Source: Nemertoderma westbladi (Eukaryota; Animalia; Xenacoelomorpha). Taken from it: a stretch of 64,000 bases of DNA. Location: positions 1 to 64,000 of the forward strand of contig JAUCBJ010008093.1 in the NCBI GenBank assembly GCA_032718475.1. Reading direction: 5' to 3'. Shown here in pieces: positions 45,311 to 56,635 of this stretch. The notes below the pieces were generated by a model that did no database searches, was not told the DNA's origin, and saw only the letters and a list, made by a program, of their open reading frames with translations. Within the stretch, counting starts at the first letter, position 1; the number at the start of each line of letters is the position of its first letter. Both the position numbers and the translations under genes were made by a program.

Positions 45311-46933
45311 ATCTGCTATCTGAGTTTATAAATATCAAATGAGTTTATATTTAGGCGAGCGGGCGTTGCTGCCTACTTCTCTTTGCCCCCGGGCAGTGGG
45401 ATTCTCAGCGCCGATGTACCGTCGTCGCGGTGTTTACGCCAACATGTAGCAACATCACGACAACGATAACCGGCACAAGTCACTCCACTGTCCATCCCAA
45501 AGGCTTGAATCAACTTTAGGTTCTTTCTATAGGAGAGTTGGGCTACTTTCACAATTGCGACTAGCTACTGTAAACACACCTTAGCAGTAACATTCACCTA
45601 TAAACGCACAAATTCCACACAACTGTCACCAATTGTACACATACAGGCCATTTGTCCGTTAGTCAGTGCCTTCCAGAATGTCACGTTATTACTGTGTATC
45701 CTTGGATACTAGCAGTGTGCTATATTCTCTATGCTATGCAATGGGACAAGCTTTCTATTGTTCTTTTAACTTGCTTCTAATTCTAGCGTGGGTGTTGCTA
45801 TGGTGACATTATGGAATGCTAGCGGTAGAATTAGGGTAATTCTCATGCATACAGATCTGGGATGCTATTTAATAATAATTCTTTAATTGTCAATATCCTC
45901 TTTATGCATGATTTTATTAATTTTATTGGCTATTGACTATATGTCGGAGATTCTCGCACTCTAATACACTCAATAGGATGAATCTCCGCTCCCATGATCT
46001 ATTAATTAATGGAATTTTGGGAATGTTATAAATTGTACAAAATGACAATTTATGAAATTCATTTAAAATATGAATTTAAATTTATTCCCGTGAATTTTAT
46101 TATTTGATGTTAAAATTGACACAATTTGATTCCAGAGCAGGTCTGGGGACATAGGATCCTTAATTCTATGAAATTTGTCTTTTAAGAGTATCGGTAAGTG
46201 CTACGATATCTTAATCGACTAGAATTGTTAACGGATCTGAATTTTACAGATTTTAATAAATATTAAATTAATATTTAAGATGGGCACCGATTTATTCCAG
46301 AACTTGTCTGGGGACGTTAACCACTGATTCTAGAATTTGTCTTTCAAGTATATCGGTGGGTGCCACGATATCTTAATCGACTAGAATTACAGATGGTCAA
46401 AAAGTTTAACAGATTTATTTGCGATTTACGCTACTGTTAGAGGGACATCACGCTACTATATGTATTATTTGTTATAAGGTAGAAGAGCAATATCGCACGA
46501 AGCAATGTCAGTGTGAAGAGGCAAGTCGTTTCCAAGGTCTACCCAGAGCTTGGTTTAGCCGAGACCCGAGGATCTGAACTTTGCATTCCTAATACTCTGC
46601 CTACCAATAATACTTGAATATAGTAGTGGCTTTATTGTACTTTAAGAAGTACGGACATTTCATCTTACTGTAGTCACGTATTTATAATATGATACGGACA
46701 GTAAGGGAAGAGAAAAATAATTATTTCTCGCCGTCGCACTAAATATATATTATAGTAATTATGTACGTAATAAACACTAATATATTGCACTAATCTACTA
46801 AATAATCCCTAAAATAACATTCTACTAAATAAAAATTGAATAAAAACGATTATAATAAAGTACATAATAAAGTTCGCATATAAAATGTAATAAAATAGAT
46901 AAATAACATAGTCATACACCCACTCCAGACGTA

Positions 46934-48711
46934 TCACGTTTGGGAGTCCCTAGATGTTTGAGGAATTAGGGAGGTGGTCGTGGGAAGAGTGTCTTGTCTT
47001 CCATAGTTTCCAGAGAGTTCTCTGTCTCTTTCCAGTAAACATAAACGACCAACTGGGCGATTGAGTTGTTGCGTCTCAAAGATTATACCGGGCTTCTTGA
47101 AGTTACGCCGCATAACAATGAGTTCTACTGAACGCACTAAACCATCCTCCGAGATATGGGTCTCGATGATACGACCTGTCTGCCACCGTTTACGTGGGAG
47201 GTCTGGATCCACAATAAGTACCATATCTCCGGCGCTGACGTTTTCCTGCTGCGCAAACCACTTAGTTCGAAGTTGTAGCGTGGGCAGGTAATGTTTCTCG
47301 AAATGGTCAGCGAAACGACGGGATAGCAACTGCATAAGTTGCCAAGTTCGACGGCAGTATTCGTCTCCGTCGGCAATCTCCGATCGTGGGAGCATGGCTA
47401 CCGGTTTCTTCAGTAGAAAGTGCGCAGGTGTTAGCGCTTCCAGGGAATCGGGACTCGATGAGACTGGCATAAGCGGTCTCTCGTTGAGATAGGCAGCTAT
47501 TTCCTCCATTAACGTCCGCAAAAGTTCGTCGGTGAGATACGCACGGCATGGCACTATAAAGTGAAATGCGGTCTTAACACTTCTAATTAATCTCTCCCAA
47601 CTTCCTCCCCACCAAGGGGCGTCGGCGGCGTTGAAGGTCCAGCTAGACGCTGTTATCCTTAGCTGGTCATCCACCTGTCTTTGGTTCCAGTCCTTTACGT
47701 AAGCCTGTATTTCGTTGTTGGCACCAATGAAGTTCGTTCCCTTGTCCGATCTCATGGTATTACTCGTACCGAAGCGAGCGATCTGTCGTCGTAAACTTAA
47801 GACGAAACTGTTGGTAGATAGATCGTTCACCATATCGAGATGGATGGCTCTACAAGTCATGCACACGAAGATGACACACCATCTCTTGACTATAGTCCTC
47901 GCACGATATACTTCAATAGGGCCAAATAAATCTACACCAGTATTAGTAAAAGTTGGTTCATAGAAGCTTACTCGTTCCCTAGGTAATTCTGCCTCTCGCT
48001 GTGTTAAAGGCCTACTGAATGCTTTCCTACAGGGTATGCAGTTCCTAAGAACTTGGTTCAGAGCCCTACGGGGTTTATCAAAATAATAGCGAGTTCGAAT
48101 TTCGCTAAGAACTCGTTCTCTTCCAGCATGATAAAGCTTACTGTGAACATCTACAATCAACTTGATTTGTACTTCAAGATTTCTAATGAGTATGGGGAAT
48201 TTAGTGTCAAAGGATAAGGGTGCATTGGTTAGCCTTCCTCCAACACGTATTAACCCATCTATCATTGTGCTAGAGAATCGATCCCTTAAGCGCATCTGCG
48301 GATTTCTCAACAACAGGAAATACTTTTCGGAATCCTCATAGCATTGCAGGAGTCTCAGTATCTGTTTATTAGTCTCTTCATGCTCCTGGTGACTAATTTT
48401 CTCCTTTAGAAAACTGTCAGACACCTTGTATTTAGGTAAGTTTTTAATAACATGAACTTGTGCAGATGTCAATGGAGCGTTATCACTAGTGGTCTTCGCC
48501 CTGGAGTATTGATGATGAAAGCATCTCTTTAAATATGTGACGGCTTTACAGAGCCGATTCCAGGAACTGTAGTGATGCATCGCTCTCTGCAGCAGGGGTG
48601 AGATTCCTTGCGAGACGTCTGGTATTCCAGATTTCCAATCTCTATCTCGAATTTCCGCAACAGACTTATTTATAGCGAGGGATTGTGGATCCAAATCATT
48701 GTTTCCGGAAA
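46934..48711 (-). CDS. BEL/Pao integrase region of element 3 (N-terminally truncated polyprotein)
   Basis: HSKLYH..CIPC zinc finger, GVDLFGP, SDKGTNF, GGSWERL, LTPAHFL, DUF5641-like tail; frame uninterrupted. Confidence 0.92.
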
Positions 48712-49335
48712 CCGGTCCCACCCCCGTTTGGACACAGACGGTAACCTGGTGTTTGCACTATTGCCAAGTTCCAATAGCGTGAAGCTGCACTAAGTTTATA
48801 ACGACTTTGACTTTAATCTATTTTATTAGAGTTTTCAGTCTAACTAAAACCCTATTTTCAGACTTTTTATTTTTTGTTTAAATATTTTAGTACAAGAAAA
48901 CGACTAAAATACCGTATTTTATGTACTGCACTATTTTCGGTTACAATTATTTTGGATTATTTTTCGAGGCTATACTTTGGATCCTAATGGACCCAAAGCA
49001 CCCCTCACCCCCGGTTTCTCTTTTTCCCTCTTCCCAGAGGTTTTTCTATGGTGTTACATAACGTACGATAGATTACTATCTATCTTACATATGGATATTA
49101 TCAAGCTGTTGATTTTCACCAGGTCGGTAACTAACTCGTGAAGGATTGCCATCGTCTTGGTGGTGATATCATTTGAATTATCGGGTGAAGTCTGCAGTCA
49201 GAGTTGAGAAACTGGGTGTTGTTGCAGGTTAATCACATCACTTGGGAAACAATAATTAATTAATTAATCAAATAGAATTAATAGATACATATAATAAACA
49301 ATGTTACCACCACCAACTTAGTATTCGTCTACTTG

Positions 49336-50643
49336 TCAATGAATACTGCATTTGAAAGCGAACACAGCGATCAGAGAGAAAATAAATGGCAATCCCAAAA
49401 GACTAAGAAGCGAACAAGCGATTTCCATTCCAAAATAATCATTGAGAAAGCCGCCAAAAATGGGTCCAATAATAGCCCCAAGAGAGAATGCAATTCGCAT
49501 CAGTTGTTGGATAAGAGCCCTCGTGTCAACATTATCAGGATAACCACAAACTTTGACAGCCAGTTGTGTTTGTGTTTCCAGTGCAGGAGTTACGTATAAT
49601 CCACCCGCGAATCCAAGGAGAGCACATCCAGCAATGGAGATACCGAGATAATGGGGTAAACCCAGGAGTTCCGTAGGTCCTATTAATTGCATTGATACTG
49701 CAAATAACATTGCCCCAAATGCAGTTGGTATGATATTCTTCAATTTCTTCATCATTAGGGATATTGTTAGTCCAGAGGACACTAAGACACTCGGGAATAC
49801 CATGTAAATACGACCAATATTGTACTGGTTTACATTGTAGTTGTGGTAAATGTAGGCGGCATAGTTCGTAATCGTGAAGGCTGCAACTACTCTCCAATAA
49901 GTGTTTAAAATAAATATAAGTGTGATTGCTGGATTCTTCAGGACTCCAAGATAAGTTGGTCTGTTTGATTCACATCTGTCATGAATATAAGCTGGCGACT
50001 CCATCCAGCAGTAAAGGATGATAATAAGAAACATCAAACCTGATATTATAAATGGGAACTCAAAGCCCAATGAAGCGAAAATAGTTGACCCAAAAACTGG
50101 TGAAATCATAACTCCCACGCTGTCACAAACAAATGCTAAACTAGTTAATAAGGTCCTTTGGTGTGGCCACACCTCCATCAATAGACTGTATGAAAACATG
50201 AAACTGATATTGAGTCCAACAGCTTCAATGATGCGCAGTGAAAAACATGTCAATATATATAAAAATCCATTGCTGTTGTTTGGAATATATTCTACAAATC
50301 CAAATGCCAATTGGGAGACAGCCCCAATAATGCCAAATAAGCCCAAAGAGATACGAATTCCCCAATTGTTGATAGAATGGGGAAAATTAATGTATATTAT
50401 TAATCGAACAATTGAAAACGTTGCCAGTAATGCACCAATCAGAGTCTTCGACCAACCACGTTCTTCTACAACTATTGGGAAGAATGACTCCAATAGATTC
50501 TGACACCAACCTGGTATCATTTGATACATTAGCAACATGGTCACCAACATGTAAAGTCTCCAGCCCTTTTGATAGACATTCTGATTTGTCCCAAATATAT
50601 TTCTTTCACATGAGATAGTAGTGGGAGCCACTTCCTCTGGCAT
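49336..50643 (-). CDS. MFS transporter, SLC18B1/vesicular amine transporter-like, intronless, 435 aa
   Basis: About 12 hydrophobic segments; motifs FFPIVVEERG, LRIIEAVG, GVMISPVFGS..GFEFPF and FSLGAIIGPIFGGFLNDYFG. Confidence 0.85.
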   Translation of the reverse strand: MPEEVAPTTISCERNIFGTNQNVYQKGWRLYMLVTMLLMYQMIPGWCQNLLESFFPIVVEERGWSKTLIGALLATFSIVRLIIYINFPHSINNWGIRISLGLFGIIGAVSQLAFGFVEYIPNNSNGFLYILTCFSLRIIEAVGLNISFMFSYSLLMEVWPHQRTLLTSLAFVCDSVGVMISPVFGSTIFASLGFEFPFIISGLMFLIIILYCWMESPAYIHDRCESNRPTYLGVLKNPAITLIFILNTYWRVVAAFTITNYAAYIYHNYNVNQYNIGRIYMVFPSVLVSSGLTISLMMKKLKNIIPTAFGAMLFAVSMQLIGPTELLGLPHYLGISIAGCALLGFAGGLYVTPALETQTQLAVKVCGYPDNVDTRALIQQLMRIAFSLGAIIGPIFGGFLNDYFGMEIACSLLSLLGLPFIFSLIAVFAFKCSIH

Positions 50644-51904
50644 CTTGTAAACCTAGCAGCCAAAATATTGATAGTTAATAATTACTTTAACCAACAACAA
50701 AAATATAAAACATAAATGGTATAAAAATATCTGATTTATATAATATGCTTTATGTTGTGCTAATAACTTTGGAGGTCTGCACTTTCGAGTTCAAAATTTG
50801 TACTTGAGTACTGTAGGCTAAGACCGAAATTTGAGATATTATTACGTCAGTTCAACAGACGCTCGCAAGAGGGCTACATGACTAAACAATAAATGTCCTC
50901 CCATTCCTTTGTTACTATTCCGTTTAAATTCAACATTGGCAGAAATGTAATAGTCCAGTAGCTCTATTTTTGTAAGGAGGCTAAAGTGAAAACCTTTTAA
51001 CTCAGATTTCATCTTTTAAAATCTACAAAATCTTGTGCGTCGTTCAGGCGCACTGATACTTCTGCAGTGACCCAGAACGTCGTTAGAGAATAAAATTGAA
51101 TCTGTACAGGAAATTCTGGAAATCTGTTCAGGGTAGTTCATAGTATGTTTATAATCGTTACGAGTGTAAATTATCGAGTCGTTCTGCTCAATATCTCACG
51201 TGCTGCACGAATCGCCTCCAAGTACCTTATTACATCAAGAGGAAAATTTATTCGACACCGAGAAACGAATCCCAACAGATAGGAAACCCTGATGATGGAA
51301 CAAGACAGGAAGGGACCATTCTCAACCTGGTAAAGTTGAGTGAGAGAGTTGGTGGTATTGGTAAACTGTACTAGAGAGATATAACATTTGGTCGCTAACG
51401 GCAGTGGGAAAGAACATAGTGGGGATAGGGGGGAGGGGGGGGGGGGGGGGGGGTAAGAAATGGACAAGAAAATTAATCAACTGACACAGGACAGGGCTTA
51501 ATAGCAGTCTATAAAATGTTCTTTTTCGGTCTTATTACATTACATCTTATTACCAGTATTACCTTTACCCCTAAAGAAAGTGAAATTTTCTCGAAAATGT
51601 ACAGAATTTTCAACTCTGTAAAGCAATACTTTTTAGAACATGACTCCAGATGAATGACTCGGGGTAGTAATGCTGATGGCCCAGCTACCAAGAAGTGCTT
51701 TGCTTGCCAAATTTAGGTAAGGCCGTGTTTGTTCTGTCACTACCTCTCAGACTCTTAGCAAAATGAATTGGGCATTATTGTAATCTATACAGCTGTAATC
51801 TAATACTGTAGCTGTTGTATTTAATTAAATCGTCATTGACCAATAATGGATTTACATTTTTGGGGTAGCAAATCTGCACAGATTTTGGCAATTTATGGGC
51901 AGAT

Positions 51905-52105
51905 TTTGTCGATAAATTGGCGTTAAAAAGAACAAAATGCAGTTAAATTTCTGGAAAATAGTGTTGCAACCCCCGGAGTGGTGCTGTTTCCGAAACACCA
52001 AAAAACTTCGAGGAAAGTTGCAACATGTCGATTTCTATAGCTGTACAAACAAACTGACAAACAGACAGACAATACGAACTGAGCATTTTTATATATATTA
52101 GATTA
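51905..52105. mobile_element. Helitron/HINE-like terminal remnant
   Basis: (ACAA/ACAG)n microsatellite followed by TTTATATATATTAGATT, an end pattern common in such elements. Confidence 0.35.
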
Positions 52106-52867
52106 ATATTAATATAACATAATTTATAAGATAGTTTATTACGTAGATTCATTCGCATGTATTGTCTCCCATTTATAGCATTGCAGCTGTTGTTTGTTGG
52201 TATGTTTCAGTGTTCAGAGGGGCGTCCCTTAGCTCAAACTACAGTATTTTATTGGTATTATATCTATATCTCTATTTCAAATAGAGAATAAATTTACTTT
52301 TTCATTAAATATTACGTTGCAATGCGAATAGAAACTGGTATCTGAAGAATTTATTAACTCCCTAACAGTTTTTCTAGAAATAGACCACTGGACTCTGTAG
52401 TTGCACAACAGATTGTCAGCTTAGTAGCGCTGTAAAGATAGACTTTGTTGTCATGCGGGGTTCCAGCAGAATTACATTGTTCTCTAAAAGTTTGAGTTTC
52501 TGGTAATGGCTCAATAACTATAAACAATCTTCGGTTTTTAAACTGATAAATTACAACGTATATTTGAACTAGAGCGCTGAAAATGAATGCCTGATCTTCC
52601 ATTTCAATTGCCAGACGAACAGTCTGGGCTGTCGTTTTCCCGTTTTTCAACAATAAACGATTCTCCAGATGGTTCATAAGAAATATCTTCGTCATCTAAA
52701 ACAAGGACACAGTCTACTCCACCGAATAAATTGTTTCAATCTTCACTTCAATGGAAAATTATATGTAAAAGTAGTTCTCTCGTTTAACATCAAGGGAATA
52801 TGGGACGACATCCAGGGCAGCTGATTACACGCAAAAACAAAACTGTATACCTCCTGTTCTTCTATTG

Positions 52868-53078
52868 AGTCTCGTTTATTGTTTTGTTTAGAATAACGTC
52901 GCCGCTGTAACCTGCTCCTGTGAGCCGATATATGTATTCGCCGAGATAGGATTAATGGCGAAAAATAACCACAAACGCAATGTTTAGTTAGACGGTTTAA
53001 AAAAGTAATTAATTTTGATTGACATTAAGGGGAAAGGAGCAGGTTACAAATTTCTAACCAAAACAATAAACGAAACTT
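52868..53078. mobile_element. Small inverted-repeat element (MITE remnant)
   Basis: TCGTTTATTGTTTTG..TGTAACCTGCTCCT is mirrored by AGGAGCAGGTTACA..CAAAACAATAAACGA. Confidence 0.55.
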
Positions 53079-53450
53079 TATTTGACTTGCGGCCAATTTG
53101 CGCTGGGGATCACTTTTTTCACTTGCGATAAATTTTCGCAATAATTTGAAACATATACTTTATAAAGTAACTATCAGGAACCGACTTCCAACTATTCAGT
53201 AGATTGTACAAAATTCGTAAATGTGTGGGTTGCTTAATAATATACTGTACAAACATCATGGTGTTATTTTTTTTATTGGTGTGATAGCAAAGAATTAAGT
53301 TTTTAATACTATATTGTCCAGATAGAGAATACTGATAATTTGAAGAGTTACAATTTTCTACACAAAATTACCCAATTCCCGGTTCCGGAATAAAAAAGAA
53401 AACCATAATTATATAAACCTTGGGATCTCTTCCGAGACCGCAAACCCACA

Positions 53451-56054
53451 GTGGCCCCCATCGAAGCTGGTCAACTAGAAACACATTTCGAAGATCTCCT
53501 AGGCTGCGCCAATGATCCCCCGGACTGCCCAAATATACCTTACACTACAGAGCAGGAAAGGACTGAACAGGAATGGTTTAACGAACCAATCACAGGGGCT
53601 GAAATTAAATCAGTAATCAATGAGGCTGCAAACAATAAAGCCAGTGGACCCGATCGACTATTTTACGAGCATCTGAAGCAAGGGCTGCCTATCATCCTAA
53701 CTTTCCTCACTCTGATCTACAACGCCTGTTTAAATGTAGGAACTCTGCCTTGTATTTGGCTCGAAAGCTTTATCATTATACTCTACAAGGGAAAAGGAAC
53801 CATAACAAATCCTGACAATTACCGAGGGATCGCACTTCTATGTGTACTTCTTAAGACCCTGACATCCATAATAAATAAGAGAATTCGTTTTAATATCCCG
53901 CCGACCTCGATACCTCAGGAGCAATTCGGGTTCACTCCTGGAAGGTCTACAATGGGAGCCATTAGTCAGTTAATAAGCGATATCGCAGAAGCTCTGAAAA
54001 GCCCTAACCCTAAGAACCGAAATACTTATGTTTTGTTTGTCGATTTCCGAAAGGCCTTTGATTCAATCAGCAGGTCAGTGCTACTATGGAAACTACACAA
54101 TTTTGGCATCAGAGGTAAGATTTACGACCTAATAAAGGCGTTGACTCATAACAAAATCCGAATATTTGATGGCCTCAGACTATCGAATATAATAAATCAA
54201 TTACGTGGAGTTTTACAAGGGGACTGCCTATCACCAACCTGCTTCATTTTATACATCGCAAACCTTGCCAATGCTATTCGAAACGCCGTCGCCCTCATAA
54301 AGTTTATATTTTATGCCGATGACTTGGCAATCTATGCAAGTAACCGCGAAGACATTCAACTTGTATTAGACATTTTGTATAAATGGTGTGTAGCCAATGG
54401 AATGAGTGTAAATCTAGTCAAAACAAAGGTTGTAAAGTTCAGAAGGGGTGGCCGATTGGCCGCTACCGATATGTTCCACTACGACAATAAACCGGTGATT
54501 ATTGCTAATCAATATGAATATCTTGGGGTCACTCTTCAGTCGTCCTTGAGTTTCACCGAGCACATAAAGGCAAAAAAGAAATCAGCCTGTAGCGTCATCG
54601 GCTCCCTTAACAATCTACCTCTACTGTCTACTGAAACTGGCATAAATGTGTTCCAAATGAAAATCTCCCCCATAGCTTCATACGCAATTAAGGAAATTGG
54701 TAAATATCTACGGCTACAGCATCTTAAAGATTTGGATATTATTAAAACAACCCACCTCAAACGAATGCTAGGGCTTCACACATCTGCCTCCTCGACACTT
54801 TGCCTGCGCCTCCTCAACGAGAATTCGTTTGTAGAGGACCTCGCCGTTAAGGGGGGGGTATACCCCCCCCTAAGGTAAAATTTTCAAATTATTGTTTCTA
54901 TATTTCACCTAGAGCAGAATTTAATGAGGATTACAAATCTGAAAACCGCTTAGTGAGGCCTCTTTCAGTTCTCGAGTTATCACTGTTTTTCCGTATGATG
55001 GTCTGTCCGTCAAATTGTAAGAAAGACAGAAGACCGACAGACTGACAAATAGACTAGATTCTACCAAAAATTAAAACTGACATCGGAAATGAAATCAGCG
55101 ACCCCGAAAACCCAAGTAACGAACATTTTAGCTTGTTGGTGTGCATCCTTCGTGCCAGAAATAATTAACCAACCAGAACACAGACAGCCAATTTTGGCGG
55201 GACGGTTTAAACTTTGAAGGGCATTTTCTCGGAATGACTTTTTTCATTTTCAAATTACTACTCCTCCGTCATTTTTCAACCAATTTTCTTCGTTTATGGC
55301 TCATTCGAACGAGCTTAGGAAGCTCTTTAAAAGTTATCTTATGGAATTTTGATAAATATTAAAATTTTTTCTAATTAGCCATTTTTAATTAAAAATATGA
55401 TAATTAATTAATTAAATTAATTAATTAAAATAAAATTGGCTAATTAAAAATTCTATAAGATAACTTTTGTAGAGTCGATCACGCTGAGTCCAAAAAAGTT
55501 GGTTTCAAGAAATTTGGACCAAAATTGAGGGACTAGTAGCAATTTTAGTGAAATCTTTAATTCCGCCGCCAGCCGCTAGGGGGAGGCTACAAATTTTCAA
55601 ATTTTCCTATAAAGGCTATTTGGCCTTCCATACAGTGGTTGACCTTGACAAAATAGCAATATTATCATTTAACAGTAATTGACAGCCATTTTAAAAAAAG
55701 GTTCATGGGGGGGTATACCCCCCCCTTAAGTTCCCAGGAGCATTTAACGTGGAGACTCTCTCTGCATACAGAGAGTTTCGCGCCGAGAGAGATGCAAACT
55801 TTGTCGCCGAACAATACTCCGATGGCCCAGCTTTCTCCTCGGCAACGTGGAAGAAGCCTGGTCAGAAGAACCGGCACCTGGTCGCGCGAGCGACAGCCCA
55901 CGGATTTCACCACAAGCTGTGTCTGAACAACCGGGGGTTCCATGAACTCTCCTCTAGCTGCGTCTGCAGATTCTGTATGGAATCGTCCCAGTCGCGTTAC
56001 CATGCGCTTCATTGCCCTCAATGTCCTCCTCTCTCGGTGCTGTCACTCTCATAA
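53451..56054 (+). pseudogene. LINE ORF2 reverse transcriptase split by a TTAA insertion
   Basis: KASGPD, NYRGIALL, QFGF, FVDFRKAFD, GVLQG, FYADD and YLGV motifs. Removing 54851-55729 restores the frame ...EDLAVKFPGAFNVETLSAY...CRFC...HALHCP. Confidence 0.9.
54851..55725. mobile_element. Kolobok-like non-autonomous DNA transposon
   Basis: TTAA TSD (54847-50, 55726-29), GG..CC termini, TIR GGGGGGGGTATACCCCCCC. Confidence 0.85.
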
Positions 56055-56635
56055 ATTAGTTTCCTTCACAACACGGCTCGCCCCACAAACAGACAATACT
56101 TAACTGGTATTATCTTTTATCATGCGGTTTTTTTTTTTTTTTACTAATAATCACTATTTAATCAAATTTTACAATTTTTACCCCGGCTGGGGGTGTATCT
56201 TTAAATATATATAATTATATAAAGAAAAAACAATAATAAGATTCTCCAAATTTAATTGACGAACTTTATATGAATCTATTTACTTTATCATACATCAATA
56301 TATTAATATACTTGAATTACAAAATATAGTTTGAGGGACGAAGGATTACTGTATGTACATATAATAATATACATTGTATATGAATATTGCGTGTTCAGTT
56401 AATTAATTACTACTTAAATACTTAATAACAAATTACTAACAAATACTAGTAATGTAATAAAATATAATGAATTATTATTGTTCCTAACATCAACAGGGGA
56501 GATTTGTTTTTGAACTTTATCAAGTTCGGCTTCAGTATTGTGGTTCAACAAATTGATTATTATTACTAGTAGTACAGTATAAACGACTAGACAACCTGAT
56601 TATGACACATCCCAGTGATTTTATACACAGAAACA

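Larger units (their letters stand above)
42519..48711 (-). mobile_element. BEL/Pao element 3, a 5'-truncated sibling of element 2 inserted in opposite orientation
   Basis: Integrase ORF, 3' region homologous to 40072-42075, accessory ORF, PPT and LTR. Homology to element 2 stops at ~48711. Confidence 0.88.
53418..56210 (+). mobile_element. 5'-truncated non-LTR retrotransposon (RTE-X/CR1-group-like) with a 13-bp TSD
   Basis: TSD ATAATTATATAAA at 53405-53417 and 56211-56223; RT ORF with a C-terminal CCHC. Confidence 0.88.

Noticed and set aside
48712-49058. Partial LTR ending GTGTTACA
   Set aside because: Only the terminal motif suggests it; there is no second copy, PPT, PBS or TSD in the window.
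50900-52800. Short ORFs 51171-51467 and 52354-52695 as genes
   Set aside because: No recognisable motifs; possibly very old TE remnants, but I cannot support a call.
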